64,000 bases of DNA from Nitrosopumilaceae archaeon (GTDB taxonomy: Archaea > Thermoproteota > Nitrososphaeria > Nitrososphaerales > Nitrosopumilaceae). This document shows positions 62,950-64,000 of this stretch, in pieces. Position 1 is the stretch's first letter. Every line of letters starts with the position of its first letter. The DNA lies in contig CBDCCK010000002.1 of NCBI GenBank assembly GCA_965214835.1, forward strand, positions 2,688,001 through 2,752,000, given 5' to 3'. The position numbers and the translations under genes were made by a program. Under the pieces are notes generated by a model that was given only the letters and a program-made list of their open reading frames with translations, had not been told where the DNA came from and ran no database searches.

Positions 62950-63975
62950 CTACCTTCTGGGCAGCCTGGCAGACGTCACTATTGCGAACCGGGCCCCCTT
63001 CATCTCGGGCCTCTTGAGGGCGGCCCTGAGTTTTTCTACGGAGGAGTACTTGTAGACCGAGAGTTTCTCGTCTTCGGCGCCAAGGAACTTTGAGACGCCG
63101 CGGGGGAGCGCCGATACCGGGGCCCCCTTGTCGCCCACAAGCGAGTACGTCGAGTGCATCTCCGTTGCATCAAAGAGCCGCCCGGTCTTTTTGTGTATGA
63201 CCATGTCGGAGGTGACGTCCTTTCTGGAGATGAATATCAGGTTCGGATCATCGGCGATGAACCTTTCTGCGTTCCTTACGGTCTCCCTGTCCGGCTTTTT
63301 CCTGCCCTCCTCCTCCTTGGACGCTATGCGCTCCTCGGCGGCAACCGTGTACTTCTTCCTTTCAAAGTCGATCAGGAGGGTCTCGACTGCATCCGGCGCG
63401 GGCCATGCGGACTTTGCGGCGGATCTTATCTTGGGTACCGTATACGAGGCGATCTCGGCGGCGGCCGCCTCCTGCTCCCCTGGATCTATCCTTGCGATCT
63501 TTGTGATGTAATACGGGGGAATCACGACGCTGGAAAGGCTGCCCGATACCTGGTCTGCCATGTTCAGGAATACGCCTTTTGCCCCCTCGCCGATGTCCGC
63601 ATGGAGCGCGTTAAGGAGTTCCGGCCGCTTGTCTATCCACAGGATCTCGTCTATTGCGGCCCTCTTGACTCCGGACTTTTCCATAAAGTCGGCCACATAG
63701 TGAAGCCTCAGCGGATCCACGGCCTGTGGGGTGAAGCTCCTGTGGACGTGATCGGTTATCATCTCGACTATGGAGGGGTGGTCGGTTATCACCGCCCGGA
63801 TGGCGCGCATCCCGGCCCTCTTCATTGCGGCGACTGACTCAAATTCGTTCATCACGTACAGCTGCCCGTCCACCCTGCCAAGCAGCACGGGGGGGATCCT
63901 CCCGGGACTGTTCCTGGCAACGCCCGTCAGGATCTCGGTCAGCTTCCTGGACGTGTTGCGTATGTGTACGGGCAT
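62950..63975 (-). CDS. Divergent ParB-like N-terminal domain protein (may start beyond the window)
   Basis: IPPVLL......LYV.......AMKRAG...IRAVI pattern. Confidence 0.55.
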   Translation of the reverse strand: MPVHIRNTSRKLTEILTGVARNSPGRIPPVLLGRVDGQLYVMNEFESVAAMKRAGMRAIRAVITDHPSIVEMITDHVHRSFTPQAVDPLRLHYVADFMEKSGVKRAAIDEILWIDKRPELLNALHADIGEGAKGVFLNMADQVSGSLSSVVIPPYYITKIARIDPGEQEAAAAEIASYTVPKIRSAAKSAWPAPDAVETLLIDFERKKYTVAAEERIASKEEEGRKKPDRETVRNAERFIADDPNLIFISRKDVTSDMVIHKKTGRLFDATEMHSTYSLVGDKGAPVSALPRGVSKFLGAEDEKLSVYKYSSVEKLRAALKRPEMKGARFAIVTSARLPRR

Positions 63976-64000
63976 GTCCTTGATCCGGGACAGGCTGACC

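Overview
Archaeal DNA, most likely Nitrososphaerota (Thaumarchaeota, Nitrosopumilaceae-like). This is inferred from the archaeal EF-2, MqnE/MqnD, a CFI-box-CTERM fragment, an S-layer C-terminal-type domain and typical thaumarchaeal signal peptides. The window is heavily invaded by insertion sequences (IS5, IS630, single-ORF IS66, ISH3/IS4-like, IS3 and three MITE families, often nested) and contains many pseudogenes, notably in glycan/heptose synthesis. That pattern suggests early genome decay in a host-associated lineage (inference). The main observations are as follows. (1) A tRNA at 61120-61192 (-) has an Asp anticodon (GUC) on an alanine-type acceptor stem (G3:U70, A73), with two further tRNA-like remnants upstream, inside a conjugative-like island. 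(2) A 10.1-kb cargo transposon at 23360-33487 is bounded by 36-bp inverted repeats and carries an IS6-like SWIM transposase, an R-M system whose methylase is frameshifted at a C10 tract, and a 1551-aa surface protein. (3) A VirD4-like ATPase is fused to a wHTH plus PD-(D/E)XK domain, a candidate coupling protein-relaxase fusion. All protein family calls come from motif recognition by eye; no database searches were run.
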